This document shows positions 43,605-56,700 of a DNA stretch of 64,000 nucleotides, piece by piece. The DNA is taken from the NCBI GenBank assembly GCA_001949185.1, contig BDGG01000004.1:3363625-3427624 (forward strand). The letters are read 5' to 3'. Source of the DNA: Ramazzottius varieornatus (Eukaryota > Animalia > Tardigrada). The notes under the pieces are model-generated. The model was not told where the DNA came from. It saw only the letters and a program-made list of their open reading frames with translations, and made no database searches. The stretch's first letter is position 1. Each line of letters starts with the position of its first letter. The position numbers were made by a program, and so were the translations under genes.

Positions 43605-44384
43605 CTTGCATCCCTATGAAAATTTGATGGGGAATAGGGCAGTGTTTGTGGGTTGGAGTTTGTGTGTGGACAACCAGATGGTTCTTATGTGAGTGATTGG
43701 CCTAGGGTTTAGTCCCCTGCAAGGAAATTAAAAGCTGATCGATTCAATAGAAACTGCATTATTCGTTCAGAAGATATGTTTGCAGAACTGTTTCGCAGAG
43801 ATGCTTTTATGGCCAGTACCTGGTTTCTCCCTGATTTGAATTCATATCGCGTGTACATAAATACTCTTGTGCTGACCGGGGAACACGTATCTGCTTGCTG
43901 TGGTTCGTGGACGTAGAGCTATTTGCAAATCCATTGTAGCTTCCGCGTCGAAGTCACCACTGGTCAGGTGAGCCTAGAGGAGCAGCCGGAGCTCTAGAGT
44001 GTAAGCTTAGTACACCGTGCACTTACGGGACAGGCCATATTACGTATCACATTCGAAGCTCCCTGGCTCTTACCTACAGACAGAGTATACGTAAGGAAAC
44101 TACACATATGCATAATTCTGTTGGAAAACTCAGTCGTATTTACCCGAATAAGTATTTTGTGCTCTTTCCTCAGGTGGGACAACTGAAGGATCTGCTGACA
44201 GATTGTGGACAAGAGTGCATTAACTACTGCTGGGGATGCCAACCCGCTCGCTGACCGCTGTAGACCAGCCGGAGCCGTAAGTGAATACATATCCCTGCCA
44301 TGGTACAGTAGCAGACGCCTGTTGCTCGCGTCCGATGCATTGTTTGGATGTCGTTGTTCCAGGACTGGACATAAGCACGTGAAG

Positions 44385-45350
44385 ATGAGGCGGTTCTGCA
44401 TGGCACTGATCGACGTTTCCGGGACCCTGCACATCGAAGACCAAGCCGTACAAGGTGCCGTCGAAGCTATCGACCGACTACGTGCCAGTGGAATCCCTTT
44501 TCGGTTTGTGACGAACACGACAAAGGAATCGAAGCGCGCCCTCCACAACAGACTTTCCTCGCTCGGCTTCCATATTAGCCCCGAAGAAATATTCACCTCG
44601 ATGACGGCTGCCAGGAAGATACTAGAAGCGAAGAAGTGGAGACCGTGGCTGCTCGTGTCTGACGAAGCTCTGGAAGACTTCGAAGGAATATCCACGGACA
44701 ACCCAAATGCCGTAGTCGTCGGTCTAGCCCCGGAAAGGCTCAATTACGCAAATATGAACATGGCGTTTGATATGGTTTTTAACAGAGGAGCACATTTGAT
44801 GGCCATTCATAAATCAAGGTAAATCAAAATCAAGGTGCGCGCAGCTGTCATACAGATAGGCGCGTAATTGACCATCTGCTATCTAACGGAATGCCGTATA
44901 TATGTGGTCTTATAACTACAGCTCGCTCTTTTGCCATAGGTATTACCAAACAAAGCACGGTTTAGCTCTCGGACCTGGCGCTTTCGTTTCTGGATTGGAA
45001 TATGCGGTATGGAAGTGGTCGAAGATCTGTGCTGTAAGGCTCGTGAAGGTTTCAACCTGTCATCGGTTTTTCAGACCGGAATCAAGGCGCAAGTTGTGGG
45101 GAAACCCGATGCAGCTTTCTTCCACAGCGCCATACCTGGCGCCTTGTCGACGCACAAGCTCAACGAGATTGTGATGGTGGGAGATGATGTACGGGATGAT
45201 GTCCAAGGTGCTTTAAAAGCCGGACTTTCTGCTATCCTTGTGAAGACGGGCAAGTACAAGGAGGGCGATGAGAAGACGATCGAGCAAGAGTGTACTTTCG
45301 TCGCCAACGACGTCGTTCAAGCCGTCGAGTACATATTAGAAGAACTGTAA
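44385..45350 (+). CDS. HDHD2: HAD-like hydrolase domain-containing protein 2
   Basis: LIDVSGTLHIED, RFVTNTTKES, NAVVVGLAPE, AIHKSR|YY, LGPGAFVSGLEY, VGKP..FF, MVGDDVRDDV and LVKTGKY. Confidence 0.9.
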
Positions 45351-45973
45351 CGCTGACTATCAATGCTGCGGAAAGGTAAGTTGGGACAATTTCGGATTTA
45401 TTTTTATCAGAAGAGAAAAATTAGATGTGGAGCTTTCGGATGGAAGTAAGAAAGTTTTTGCTTAGTTTTCAAATCCATTGATGTTCTGACATGTTCCGAC
45501 TTTTCACGTAGGTTGAATTTGTCGCTCGTGAACGCAAATTTGGGCGGTTCACGAACAGTGTACTTCTTCGATTTTGCCATTGGAACAAGAGTAAACAGAT
45601 TGGGAAGTTTAATTGTCTGATAAGAGTTTGTGAGACCGTATCATCAAGAACTCGCCAGGAACTCTGCATGTTACTTTCGACTATCTGATCATCTTATCGC
45701 AGTTACGTTTCCTTCTCTAAGCAGTGAAATCGTAGGTCGATCACTATCGACGACAGCTTGGGCTCTTCTGCCGCTGAAAACGACGCCAAAGCGTAATGGA
45801 AGAACCTGAAGAACCTGTGGTCGTTTTGTGTATAGGCTCGCTTCATCGGAAGTCACGCCAAACTTTACTTTAGTTCATCGTTTTATTTGGTGTCAGCTTT
45901 CACCGGGATAGAGGGATTCTGTTTGAATTGCCCTCCTTAGGATAGACGTGTACCTTCACGAAGTTAGTCAACG

Positions 45974-48900
45974 ATGGCAACGGCGATGGTCAGTCGGGAT
46001 CCCGAGGATATTGAAAATCTTCTGGCGTTGAACCCGAAAGTCAACTTTCATGCCAACCTGAAGCCCAGCATCATTACCAAGGTCGAGAAGAAGAACTGGA
46101 AGAGGAACGAGGACAAGTCTTGTTCGGTATGTTTTGATAACGCTGATACAAACCTATGACATATAATCCAACCCGAAACTTTCCCCCTTTATTAGACGTG
46201 CAAGCCGCTGGTGAATGATTTCGACGATATCAAACATACGACGCTGAGTGAACGTGGAGCTCTAAAGGAAGCCGGACGCTGTTTGAAATGCGTGGACGCA
46301 CCCTGTCAGAAAAGTTGCCCGACCCAGCTGGATGTTAAGACCTTCATCGGCAGTATCGCAACAAAAGTATGATGGTTGAACTGACCGTAACAACACCTTA
46401 TAGAAATACTGAACATAAGGTTCTTCTTTGTTGCAGAATTACTATGGAGCCGCCAAAGCCATTCTGTCCGATAACCCTGTCGGTAAGTATCAACCCGACC
46501 ATCGTTTGTTCTTCGGGGTTCGCTGTCATTTCAACTGTATGAGAAACTTGACCAGTTTTCGTTATCCAGGTCTTACCTGCGGCATGGTTTGTCCCACCAG
46601 TGACCTTTGTGTGGGCGGATGTAACTTGTACGCAACCGAAGAAGGACCGATAAACATCGGCGGTCTACAACACTTTGCGGTTGAAGTAAGCTGGGCTTTT
46701 GGTTGTACTGTATTTGACCAAGGAATATTTCCACCGTGATTCCATCTGTTTTCAGACGTTCAAAAGAATGGACATACCACAAATTCTGCCGCCTGATTTA
46801 CCCGAACACATGCCAGAAAGCTATTCGGCCAAAATAGCGTTGATTGGTGCCGGTCCGGCTACGATTTGTTGCGGAACATTTCTCGGTAAAACTCTTTAGA
46901 GTTTTTTTTGTAAAATGTATTTAATGCGCGTTGATGAATTGTCCAATTGTGTTTTATACCTCTAGCTCGTCTTGGTTATTCGGACATCACAGTCTTCGAA
47001 AAGAATTCCTACCCAGCCGGATTAAGTGCATCGGAAATTCCCCAGTTCCGCTTACCGTACGACGCGGTGTCGTGGGAAGTCAAGCTAATGCAAGACCTGG
47101 GCGTCAAGGTATGTTAAACTCAACAGTGACACATCCGTTCCTCTGACGCGTAGCACGTGCGCCACGCAGTAGTTTCTTGAGGGGCGGGGCTGCTTCCTTG
47201 CAGTAACGCAGCGTGTTTTACAGATACAATACGGAGCGGGACTAGGAATTAATGGAATGACGATCCAAGGTCTTCGAGATGAAGGCTATGAAGCCATCTT
47301 TGTGGGCATCGGTCTGCCTGATGCAAAGAGGGACCGCATGTTTGACGGACTTACTACCCAGAATGGGTTCTTCACCTCCAAAGAGTTCTTGCCAGCTGTC
47401 AGTGCTGCCAGCAAACCAGGTAGGTCTTTAAAGCAACCAGAACATGTGGTAGTTTGACCGTCCTTTTGGACAGGAATGTGCGGATGTAAGTCGAAATTGC
47501 CTCAACTCTGGGGCCACGTACTGGTATTGGGTCTTGGGGACACCGCGTTAGACTGTGCTTCGTCGGCGCTCCGCTGTGGTGCGAAGAGAGTAACCATCAT
47601 ATTCCGAAAAGGCTTCACAACAGTTCGAGCTGTTCCGGAAGAAGTAGCGCTAGCTCGCGAAGGTATGTCGCCACAAAATAGAAGACTAATTTACTGCATA
47701 ATCATGTGTTTTTCTGCCTGTAGAAAAATGCGAGTTTATGCCGTTCATGCAGCCAAAAAAGGTTATGATGCGTGGCGACCGCATTTCGGGTATGGAGTTC
47801 TACCGCACAGAGCAGTTGGAAGACGGAAGATGGACTGAAGACCCCGAGCAGCTGGTCCGACTGAAAGCCGACTTTGTCATTTCCGCCTTCGGATCTGCCT
47901 TGCTGAACCCTGCGGTCAAACAATCTCTGGCGCCGCTGGAACTCACCGAAAGCGGGTACGCTGTTGTGGACAAAATGACCATGTGCAGTAAGGTCGCACC
48001 CTGGCTGTTTTGTGGTGGTGACATTGCTGGTGTGTCCGAGATGACAGTGGAAGCTGCGAATGATGGCAAGACCGCATCGTGGTCCATGCACCGCTACCTC
48101 CAGGTATTGTGAAATATTCTTCCATACACACTTGACCGATGCTTTTCACCGGATGAGCCAGTTTTTAGCTCTTCATTGTTCTAGTCTATCTACAACATGG
48201 AAGTTCCGGAGAAGCCGATGCTACCCCAGTTCTATACTGAAATTGACCTGGTTGACATCAGTATCGAAATGTGCGGCTTGAAATTCATAAACCCGTTCGG
48301 CCTGGCTTCGGCCCCGCCGACAACGTCCAGTCCTATGATCCGTAGAGGTATGAAGCTTGCTATTACAGCAATGTTTCTGTTCAAACGCAGTGCCCATCGT
48401 CGCTACACCACCGAATTTCACGAAGATCTTTTCACCGGTTGATGAAGTTTCATTGGTGATTGAATTTTGTTATCGATCATGCTTTTTCTTGTCACAGCCT
48501 TTGAAGCCGGATGGGGATTCGCTTTGACAAAGACGTACTCATTGGACAAGGCAGGTTTACAGTTTGCGGCATTTGACCATGTGCTCTGCTAAGAGTAAAA
48601 GGTTTTCTTGTTTTCTAAATCACAGCATATTTTGCAACCTTTTGAGATACATTAGTACTGTGGGCGTAAATCTGTTTTCTGTAGGACCTCGTCACCAATG
48701 TCAGTCCTCGTATAGGTGAGTATTCTGGTGCTATGTTTGGCTGGCGCCACAGCCAAGACCAGGTCTCACAGTGTGATCGCTGGTGTGTTCCGCAGTTCGT
48801 GGAACCACATCTGGACATACTTTTGGCCCCGGTCAAGGATCGTTCTTGAACATTGAGCTGATCAGTGAGAAAACGGCCGAGTACTGGTGCAAGAGTGTCA

Positions 48901-51561
48901 CCGAACTGGTGAAGGACTTCCCGAATCAGGTAGGAATCCTTTTGCTGTTTCCCGGCGCTACCCGATTTATTTGTCGGTCGCAGTGATTAACCTATGGTTT
49001 ACTGAACAGATTGTCATCGCGAGTATTATGTGTTCTTACAACAAAGAGGACTGGACTCAGTTGGCCAAACAGTCGGAGGACGCTGGCGCGCAAGCTCTGG
49101 AGTTAAACTTGAGCTGTCCTCATGGTATGGGAGAGCGTGGTATGGGACTGGCCTGTGGTCAGAAGCCGGAACTCGTGCGCGACATTTGCCGATGGGTAAG
49201 ATTGATAACGACTCCAAAACGCCGACGACAGGATCTACATATAAATAAGATTTATTTCACCGTATAGGTGCGAAGTGCGGTGAAAATCCCGTTCTTTGCC
49301 AAACTGACACCGAACGTCACAGGTACCTCGCAAGTCTTCTGTATCTCGGTCGGTAGAATGGTGGTGTTTTTATCGTTCTGTAACACGGTTTCTTTATAGA
49401 CATTGTGGATATCGCTCGGGCTGCAAAAGAAGGTACGCAAAACGGCCGAGATACCTTTGTTTGTCCGCATGAAAGCGGACACCAATTCATGAAACTCTGA
49501 TACACATAGGTGGCGCTGATGGAGTCACGGCCACGAACACAGTTTCCGGGTTAATGGGGATCCGACCGGACGGCACTGCGTGGCCTTCGGTTGGTGCTGA
49601 GAAGCGCACAACGTACGGAGGAGTATCAGGAAATGGTAAGAACCCATTTCCGAGCACATAATCACGTTGAGTGTTTGTGGTGGCTGCTCGACTAACCGCG
49701 TATTGTTCTCCGACAGCCATAAGACCCATCGCGCTTCGAGCGGTCAGCGCGATCAGGAGGTCTCTGCCGGAATTCCCTATCTTGGCCACAGGAGGAATTG
49801 ACTCAGCAGAAGCGGCTCTGCAGTTTTTGCAGGCTGGTGCGAGTGTTGTGCAAGTCGGGAGCGCGGTTCAAAATCAAGATTTTACTGTTATCCAGGTAAC
49901 GTAGTCACGCAGCACACGCTTATGAGGCGTGGGCACCCGTGGTCTCACTTTTCTTCCGTGTGTCTCCCGAACCCGTCGTCCAATCTCCGTAACTTGAAAT
50001 GTGGTATCTTGCAGAAGAAGATTCTATACTTTCTGACCACGTGGCATTCCGGTCATTTCTTCCCGTACATCGATCTATTCACTACATTGAAAGATTTTCG
50101 CATGAAGTATTTGGTGGACATTCTTTCAATTTAGTGAATAGATCAATGTATGGGCTACATTCTGCCCGTTTAAGCTTTCCCAAAATCTTGTCACGTGACG
50201 AGAGATGGGCGGCCAGAAATGACCCTTATTTCCTTGTCCGACCATCATTGCTCAGCGGTTGATCGATTGAAGAAATGACCGGAATGCCCACGTGGTCCGA
50301 AAGTTTATAATCTTCTTCTACAAGATACATTTTAAGGTACGGAAATTGGATGAGGGGTTTGAGAGGTACAAGAAAGCAAATTAAAACACGCCCATGAATC
50401 ATCAGCGTGACAGTAGATTCCGAGAAATCGGCTATGCGTAGTTGGATTCAAATCCTAACCAGCGATTCCGTATGTTTAGGACTATATCACCGGAATGAAG
50501 ACCTTGCTTTACTTGGAAAGCAAAGGTGGTTTACCAGGTTGGGAAGGACAGTCGCCGCCCATTTTGAAGCACCAGAAAGGAAAACCTGTTCGTCATTTGG
50601 AAGCCACGACAGGAGAGGTTGGTCGTAGTGCTATAGCCAAATCAGGAAGTGAATGATTATCAATCAAGCATTCGACGTTCTAATCAATCGACCGTACGCA
50701 TGCCTTTGCCGCTTTTACAGACGCTACCATTCTTCGGAAAGTACCAGCTGGAGCGAGACGATTTAGAGGCGCACATTAAACAGAGCGACGGTTTTGCCTC
50801 GAACACCCAGCTGTCGAAGCACCTACAGGAAACAGGAGACTCGACCGACCGTGTGACGCTGAACGGAGCGAAGAAGCAGATTGCCAGTTTAGACTCGTTC
50901 TTGAACGGTGCAGTATCCCGAATAGGCGCTTATAGCGATCTGGATCCACGCGCTCAGGTGGTTGCTGTTGTCGACCAGGCAAGTGTTCCTAACGTGTTTA
51001 CTCCGTATCTTTCTAGCACGATCTAGTTATGAATCAGGTGTAAATTGAGTTTATGACATCTTCCAGGACCTCTGCATAAACTGTGGAAAATGTTACATGG
51101 CGTGTAACGACAGCGGTAAGAAAATCAAGAAAAATATGCATGATCCCCTCTCTCGACAATAAACTGGTGAATCCATACGAGAACCTCGAATGGCTTTTCA
51201 GGGTATCAAGCCATAGAGTTCGACGCAAAGTCCCACTTGCCTTACATCACCGAGGACTGCACAGGTGAGATCTCGAGTTATTCGACGCGTGGACTACCTA
51301 CTGTAGCTTTCCTGGTCTTTGCAGAAAATACTGATAACTTTCACAGCATTCCAATGCTTGACGTTTTACGAATTCTTCTGCCTTTTAGGTTGTGACATGT
51401 GCCTGTCGGTATGTCCTATTCCAAGCTGCATTACAATGACGAAGAGAATGACACCCTACAAGCCCAAGAGAGGTATACCCCCTCGCAACCAACAAGACAA
51501 CGGATTGGCCGCCACAAAAATGAATGGACATCGAGATGAGGAACCTTTACAGTGTCAATAG
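45974..51561 (+). CDS. DPYD: Dihydropyrimidine dehydrogenase (NADP+), many exons
   Basis: [67 protein letters not shown], active-site [23 protein letters not shown], and C-terminal CINCGKC / [12 protein letters not shown] Fe-S motifs. Confidence 0.96.
49921..50396. mobile_element. MITE-like fold-back element inside a DPYD intron
   Basis: Left arm approx. 49963-50062 (TCCAATCTCCGTAACTTGAAATGTGGTATCTTGCAGAAGAAGATTCTATACTTTCTGACCACGTGGCATTCCGGTCATTTCTTC) is the near reverse complement of approx. 50269-50365. Weaker similarity extends out to 49921/50396. It lies in the longest intron of the gene (49896-50479). Confidence 0.75.
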
Positions 51562-51818
51562 AAAGTCCAACGGGAATTGAGGCAATGTATAAAATGGTAG
51601 AAAGCAAAATACATATGTAGCAAAAGACGTACTCGTACCGTTCTAACCAGGAAGTGATTCCTTAAAAAAAATTAGCACAATAAAATACTTATAGTCAAAT
51701 GCAGTCATGAGGTAGAATCGTACAGAAGAGAAAATTTCATTAGAGTGCCTATTACAAAATCATCATTACGTTGTGTCGGTCCTGAGATTTACACCAAATA
51801 CACTTGAAAATCTGCATA

Positions 51819-51854
51819 GTAAAGCCAGGGTGGTAAAGCCAGGGTGGTAAAGCC
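51819..51854. repeat. Short tandem repeat, 14-bp unit x2.6
   Basis: GTAAAGCCAGGGTG GTAAAGCCAGGGTG GTAAAGCC, between two convergent 3' ends. Confidence 0.85.
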
Positions 51855-51897
51855 TTCCGTGACCTGAAGTGCCGGATTGACCATTTGTTGTCGTTAC

Positions 51898-52774
51898 TCA
51901 AGGAAGACCGAAGAACTTCTGGAGGGTTATTTGCGGGTCGTCGATGGAGAACGACTCGCGGAATTGCTCATCGACTTCTTTAGCAATCTTGATGTAATGT
52001 TCTTTCGTGAGAACGAAAATCCCTTGCTTCTTTTCCTTCTTCAACTTGGACCACCTGCAACGCGACGCAACGCTTTAGTGAGTAAAGTGACATCATACTT
52101 ATCAAAACTGGGTGAAGGAAGATGGTTAATACTTGTGAGAAGAATTCCAAAAGTGGGCAAACCAAAGCTCGAAGGGGTTGGATAGTGAACCATACAGAGC
52201 TGAGATATCATACTCCACGGCCCACTCAAAAGCGGTGTCACTGTTTCCATAACCAATAAGTTAATAAACAAACCACACCGATACGAAACAATAACGGTAG
52301 CAGCAAAAAAGCCGAAGACGTACTATTTTCTCCAGTCACGGTATTTCAGTCTGTAAGACGGCACGATCTTGTGCAGCTCAGGGCATTCAAAGTCCACGGC
52401 AACTTCCACGATCTTCAACAAGCGGAAATGGCACAGAAACAGCCATTAGAGCCAAACGTGAGAAACTTACCGTAGCAAAGTAGTAGTACTGGGAACAGAC
52501 CACCACCTCGTCGCCTGCACGAAAAACCAGAAGGCAAGTTTTAAGAATTTCATTCAAATCAGTACATACCTACTGTGACGGTCGGACTACAAAAGGGCTT
52601 ACCGATTTTGTACAATGGCTTCGCAACGTATTTCGGATCCTCGTACGGTCGATCTCGGATTTTCTGCAACGACACGCTCAGCTGACTCATTTTGTCCACA
52701 GCTGACAAACTCGCGAGTGCATCGTCTTTCCCATCCAGAAGCGCATTCTCCACAGGGCTAGAAGACGCGGCCAT
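51898..52774 (-). CDS. Small protein (about 168 aa) with a chromo-barrel/Tudor-knot-like domain
   Basis: Exons 52774-52603, 52514-52471, 52412-52324, 52240-52196 and 52054-51898 join in frame with GT-AG sites: KPLYKIGDEVVVCSQYYYFATIVEV...SYRLKYRDWRKYDTAFEWAVEYDI. This resembles the MRG15/MSL3/Eaf3 chromo-barrel pattern. Confidence 0.6.
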
Positions 52775-53746
52775 AATTCCAAAGTATACCTGCGAAAAGC
52801 CAGAAGTGTACATCTAATGTATCGTCGGACAATGTTCCACGACGATCTCCCACGTACCTCCACCAGGTCTACCCGTTTCCTGCTTGCAAACGGCGGATCT
52901 CTCGCGCTGCCTCAGAAGAAATTATGCAAGACCAACAAAAAGTTACGCAACTCCACGACTGGACACCATCCTGACCGGCACCCCCTGTCGGAAGGAGTTC
53001 CAAATGACTGCGTGAAGCTTCTTACCTCTCTGCGAAGCCGGAGCGCTGCGCTACGGATTTAACACTGGACTCGATAGCAATCTCAGAGCCGTCTGATCCT
53101 CCGAACTAGAACTTCGAAATCTGGAAACAGAAATGAGACTGTGAGAGTCTGGTAATAGGAAGACGGACTTCCGGCCGATTCCAGAATCTCCCTGTCATGC
53201 TAAATGGGCGGAGGGCCGAGGCTGCGGACTCTGAACTCCTAAAGTACTAAGACTTAAACGAACCCCTGGCGCCAGAGGGCGAGTCCAGGAAACCTGGGCG
53301 GGCAGTGAATGTGACCTTTGGCACAGCCAACTCGAGAACCGCAACTTTGTAAACTTGTGATTTTTGTTGTTGCTCTTTTAGCCTTGCTGGAGGATGAGAA
53401 AACCACTGCCTTCATCGCTCTCCACGAAGATGCACTGCAGCTGTGGGATAACGATGAGGGGACCGTATTTCTAGGCGCCGCAGGTTGCACTTGGCAAGCC
53501 AAGGATGCACGGCATTGCGCTGCACGGCATGATGATCATCACACTTGGGTAATTGTTCCACTTACTCGTAACTCGCCGTGCAAGGATCGGGCTTCGTTCT
53601 CACTGCGGCCATCTTTGCAACGTCAACAGTCGGAGCGGCTGGACTTGGATTGACAGGTGAACGCGTTGAGTAGCTGATGGGATGGAAGAAAAGTGCAGTT
53701 AAGAACTGTCGGAAGTGTGGACTACCCGAATTAAAAGTGGGCAAAG

Positions 53747-56700
53747 ATGTATTTCATCAATGGATTCCCGAAGATCATCAGCACTATCCCGTCGGAAGAA
53801 GATGACTGCTTTCAGTATTTATGCTGTAACAGAGAGCATACGTTGATATTGGTCCTGCGGAAATACTCCTTTGCAATATGGCAGCTTCGGGTAATTATGC
53901 ATACTCGAATAATGTTGACAATCTTATATGGTTTGACTGGATGCTCTCGATTCAAATATCTAAATGAAGTCCTTCAAATTTTCCTCTGTCTTGCAGCCAT
54001 TACTGCAGCTTACTGCGTATCGCAGATCGCATTCATCGGTGAAGAATGTTGGCATAAATGTCGGTGCGTTGTGGGAACCGGAAACGAATGCCATCGTGAT
54101 TCAGGCACGTATAATTTTCGTGCCGTCATATAAGAGTAAACTATGGATGCAGTTTCCGTCATATAATTACACGAAAAAATTCCCCATTCACTATATTAAA
54201 TTTGCCGTATAGAGGATTGCTGAAAATAGTTATGAGCGAACGTGATGTAGATTTGGATGGGGGCTTTGTCGAGTCACTGATTACGTTCTCGCTGTAGACG
54301 GCGGAAGGTGGACTGATGTTCTTCAACCTGGACTTCCGCAACGCGGACCGTGGATGTTACCAGCTTGAAGATTCGAAGTGCGTAATCATCTCACAGCTAT
54401 GTGTTGTGTAGTGTCATACTGTCGCTTTTTAGGAACTCCAGGAGAGAATCGGACGAGCTGTTCCTCAAAGAAACCATTCCGTATATCTCTGTCATTCCTA
54501 CCGCCAGCATAATGATCGCAGGCGGAATAACAAGGTACGCCGCATCCTCTGCCTTCTTCCCGGAAAATGAAACTAGCCTATGTTCGGGGCTGTTTCAGCT
54601 TGGAGTCGTTACGGGACAACGTGATGGTGGCGTCTTCCTCTGGGTTTATCCAGCGAATCCAATGGGATGGCAGTATAAACAACAGTCTAACTATAGTCTT
54701 GGAAAAAGTCCCCTTCTCGATCGACTTACCTCAGTCCAAAAGTATGTTTCGTTCACCTTGCTCATTGCTTATATTGATGGAAGAAATCTGGTGTTGGCCT
54801 AAGATCGGTTCTTTTCCAGAGTCTTACTTGAGTCAGTCATCGATCCACATAATCGACTTGGATTTCTCTTTTCTACTCGGTGGGTTCTCGTTAGTGCTCT
54901 CTAATGGACGAGGTGCTTTGATGACCGCAAGTGACGTCGAGTTCCTGCCGGATACCGTGCAGTGTGTTTGGGTACCAGTAGAGCCTTCCCCTTTCACTTG
55001 CACAGCTGTCAATCACAAGTACCGTTTAATGGCGTTCGGCTGTACAAAGTAGGTGCATAACAGTTCTTTTTGAACGAGGGAAGAGAGGTCTAACCTTTTT
55101 TATGCTTGATTGCAGTGCACAAGGAGCACTGTACTGCATCGAGGACCAGACAGAAGGTATCCAGCTGACCCACCGTCTGCAATTGCTGGACAGAGACTGT
55201 CCGGACATGGCGGGCGGGTGCGGGTCCGTGGAAGGTCTCCGATGGACACCGGACGGGTGTGCCCTGGCTATGATCTGGAAGAAAGGAGGCTTCGCTATAT
55301 GGAGCGTCTTTGGCGCTCTCCTGACTTTCTCTCTGTCGTTGGTGCACGAAAGCATTCCAAGGAGGGTTTCAGCGTTGGTACGTACTGACAGGATTTTCAA
55401 CTCCATGTGCAAAGAACTCTTACTCAACGGTTGCTTTCTCCGTTGTAGGACTGGGGTACAGAAGGCTACACGATGTGGATACTTGACCCGAAACTTCTTC
55501 TGGCATATAACTTCGTGAAAAGCGCTCTTACCGTGAACAACTGCTCAGTGAGTGACCATTTTGAAGATGACGATCAGCGTTTGTATGGATGTCGAATTTT
55601 CAGACCAACAGAACCAGCGTACTTCTTCAAGGGGAGAATGGTATCATGTTGAACACAGGGGATCGCGTCATCTTGCAGCCGCTTGGCGCCAAAGACAGCC
55701 ACGTGGAAACGAAATATGCTCTGTTCAGCAACAAGTCATGGACGGTGATACAGGTAAAGCTTGCAAATGTCCCACAGTCTTTCTGCTGGATCTTGTGATC
55801 ACATTGGAATGGGAACCTCTTTCTGCTCGTAGCTTCCGAATCGTTACATTTTGACGAACTGGCCCCTCCGTTACACAGTCGTTGATGCGGATGCCGAAAC
55901 GATCGCCGTAGCGGGAAGACACGCCCTAGCGTTGTATCTGTTGTCGAGCCGGAAGTGGAAAACATTCAGCAACGATACTGCGGAGCAATTATTCACCGTA
56001 ACTGGTGGATTGCTATGGTGGAAAGATTTCGCTATTTGTGGAGCTTACAATCTGAGTACCAAAGGACAAGAGGTTCGTCCGTAGGAATGACAATGAGGAT
56101 ACGTCATTTCCCTCCCATTAGTCCTTCTAACTTCTTACTACTTTACAGATTCGCATGTACTCCAAGCATAAACCTCTCGATCACAAGCACGCGGTGATAT
56201 GGAAACTGCCCAACGAAGCCCATGTCATGAGTCTGAATGTCTTTCGGGACATGCTGCTGATCTTCTCGTCGGACTCTTTACTTACGATATCTAGCTTGGA
56301 GAAGAAGAAAGTCGGAAAGACAGATGAAGGTACCAAACAGCAACCACTACCTACTGTATGCGTGATTAGGCGAAACATTGGTTGTATGACTTCGTTGATT
56401 TTTTTTGCAGTTTCCGTTGTTATCAACGTGTTACAGATGGTGTCTGTTCAGAATATATCACCGCATCCACACTGCGTCATATCGGTTGACCTGACACCCG
56501 TTCGAACTGAGACAGGTACGACGAAGTTTGTTTCATTAGGCTGTTCGCTCTACGCGGTGTTGACTGTAACTGACCAGAGTTGTTTTCCCGGCTCTTCAGG
56601 CCAGCGGAAGCACACCGGTATCCGCGAGGCCGAAAGCTTGTTAATCAATGTTTCCGGGCGATTATGGATCATACAAAGGGATGCGCTGGATCCTAGCAAA

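Noticed and set aside
43994-44743. 249-aa antisense ORF over HDHD2, and similar antisense ORFs over DOCK, TONSL and RIC1
   Set aside because: Shadow frames of real coding exons with no independent protein features.
53254-53653. ORFs in the interval upstream of RIC1
   Set aside because: Non-ATG starts, no homology; likely promoter or UTR sequence.
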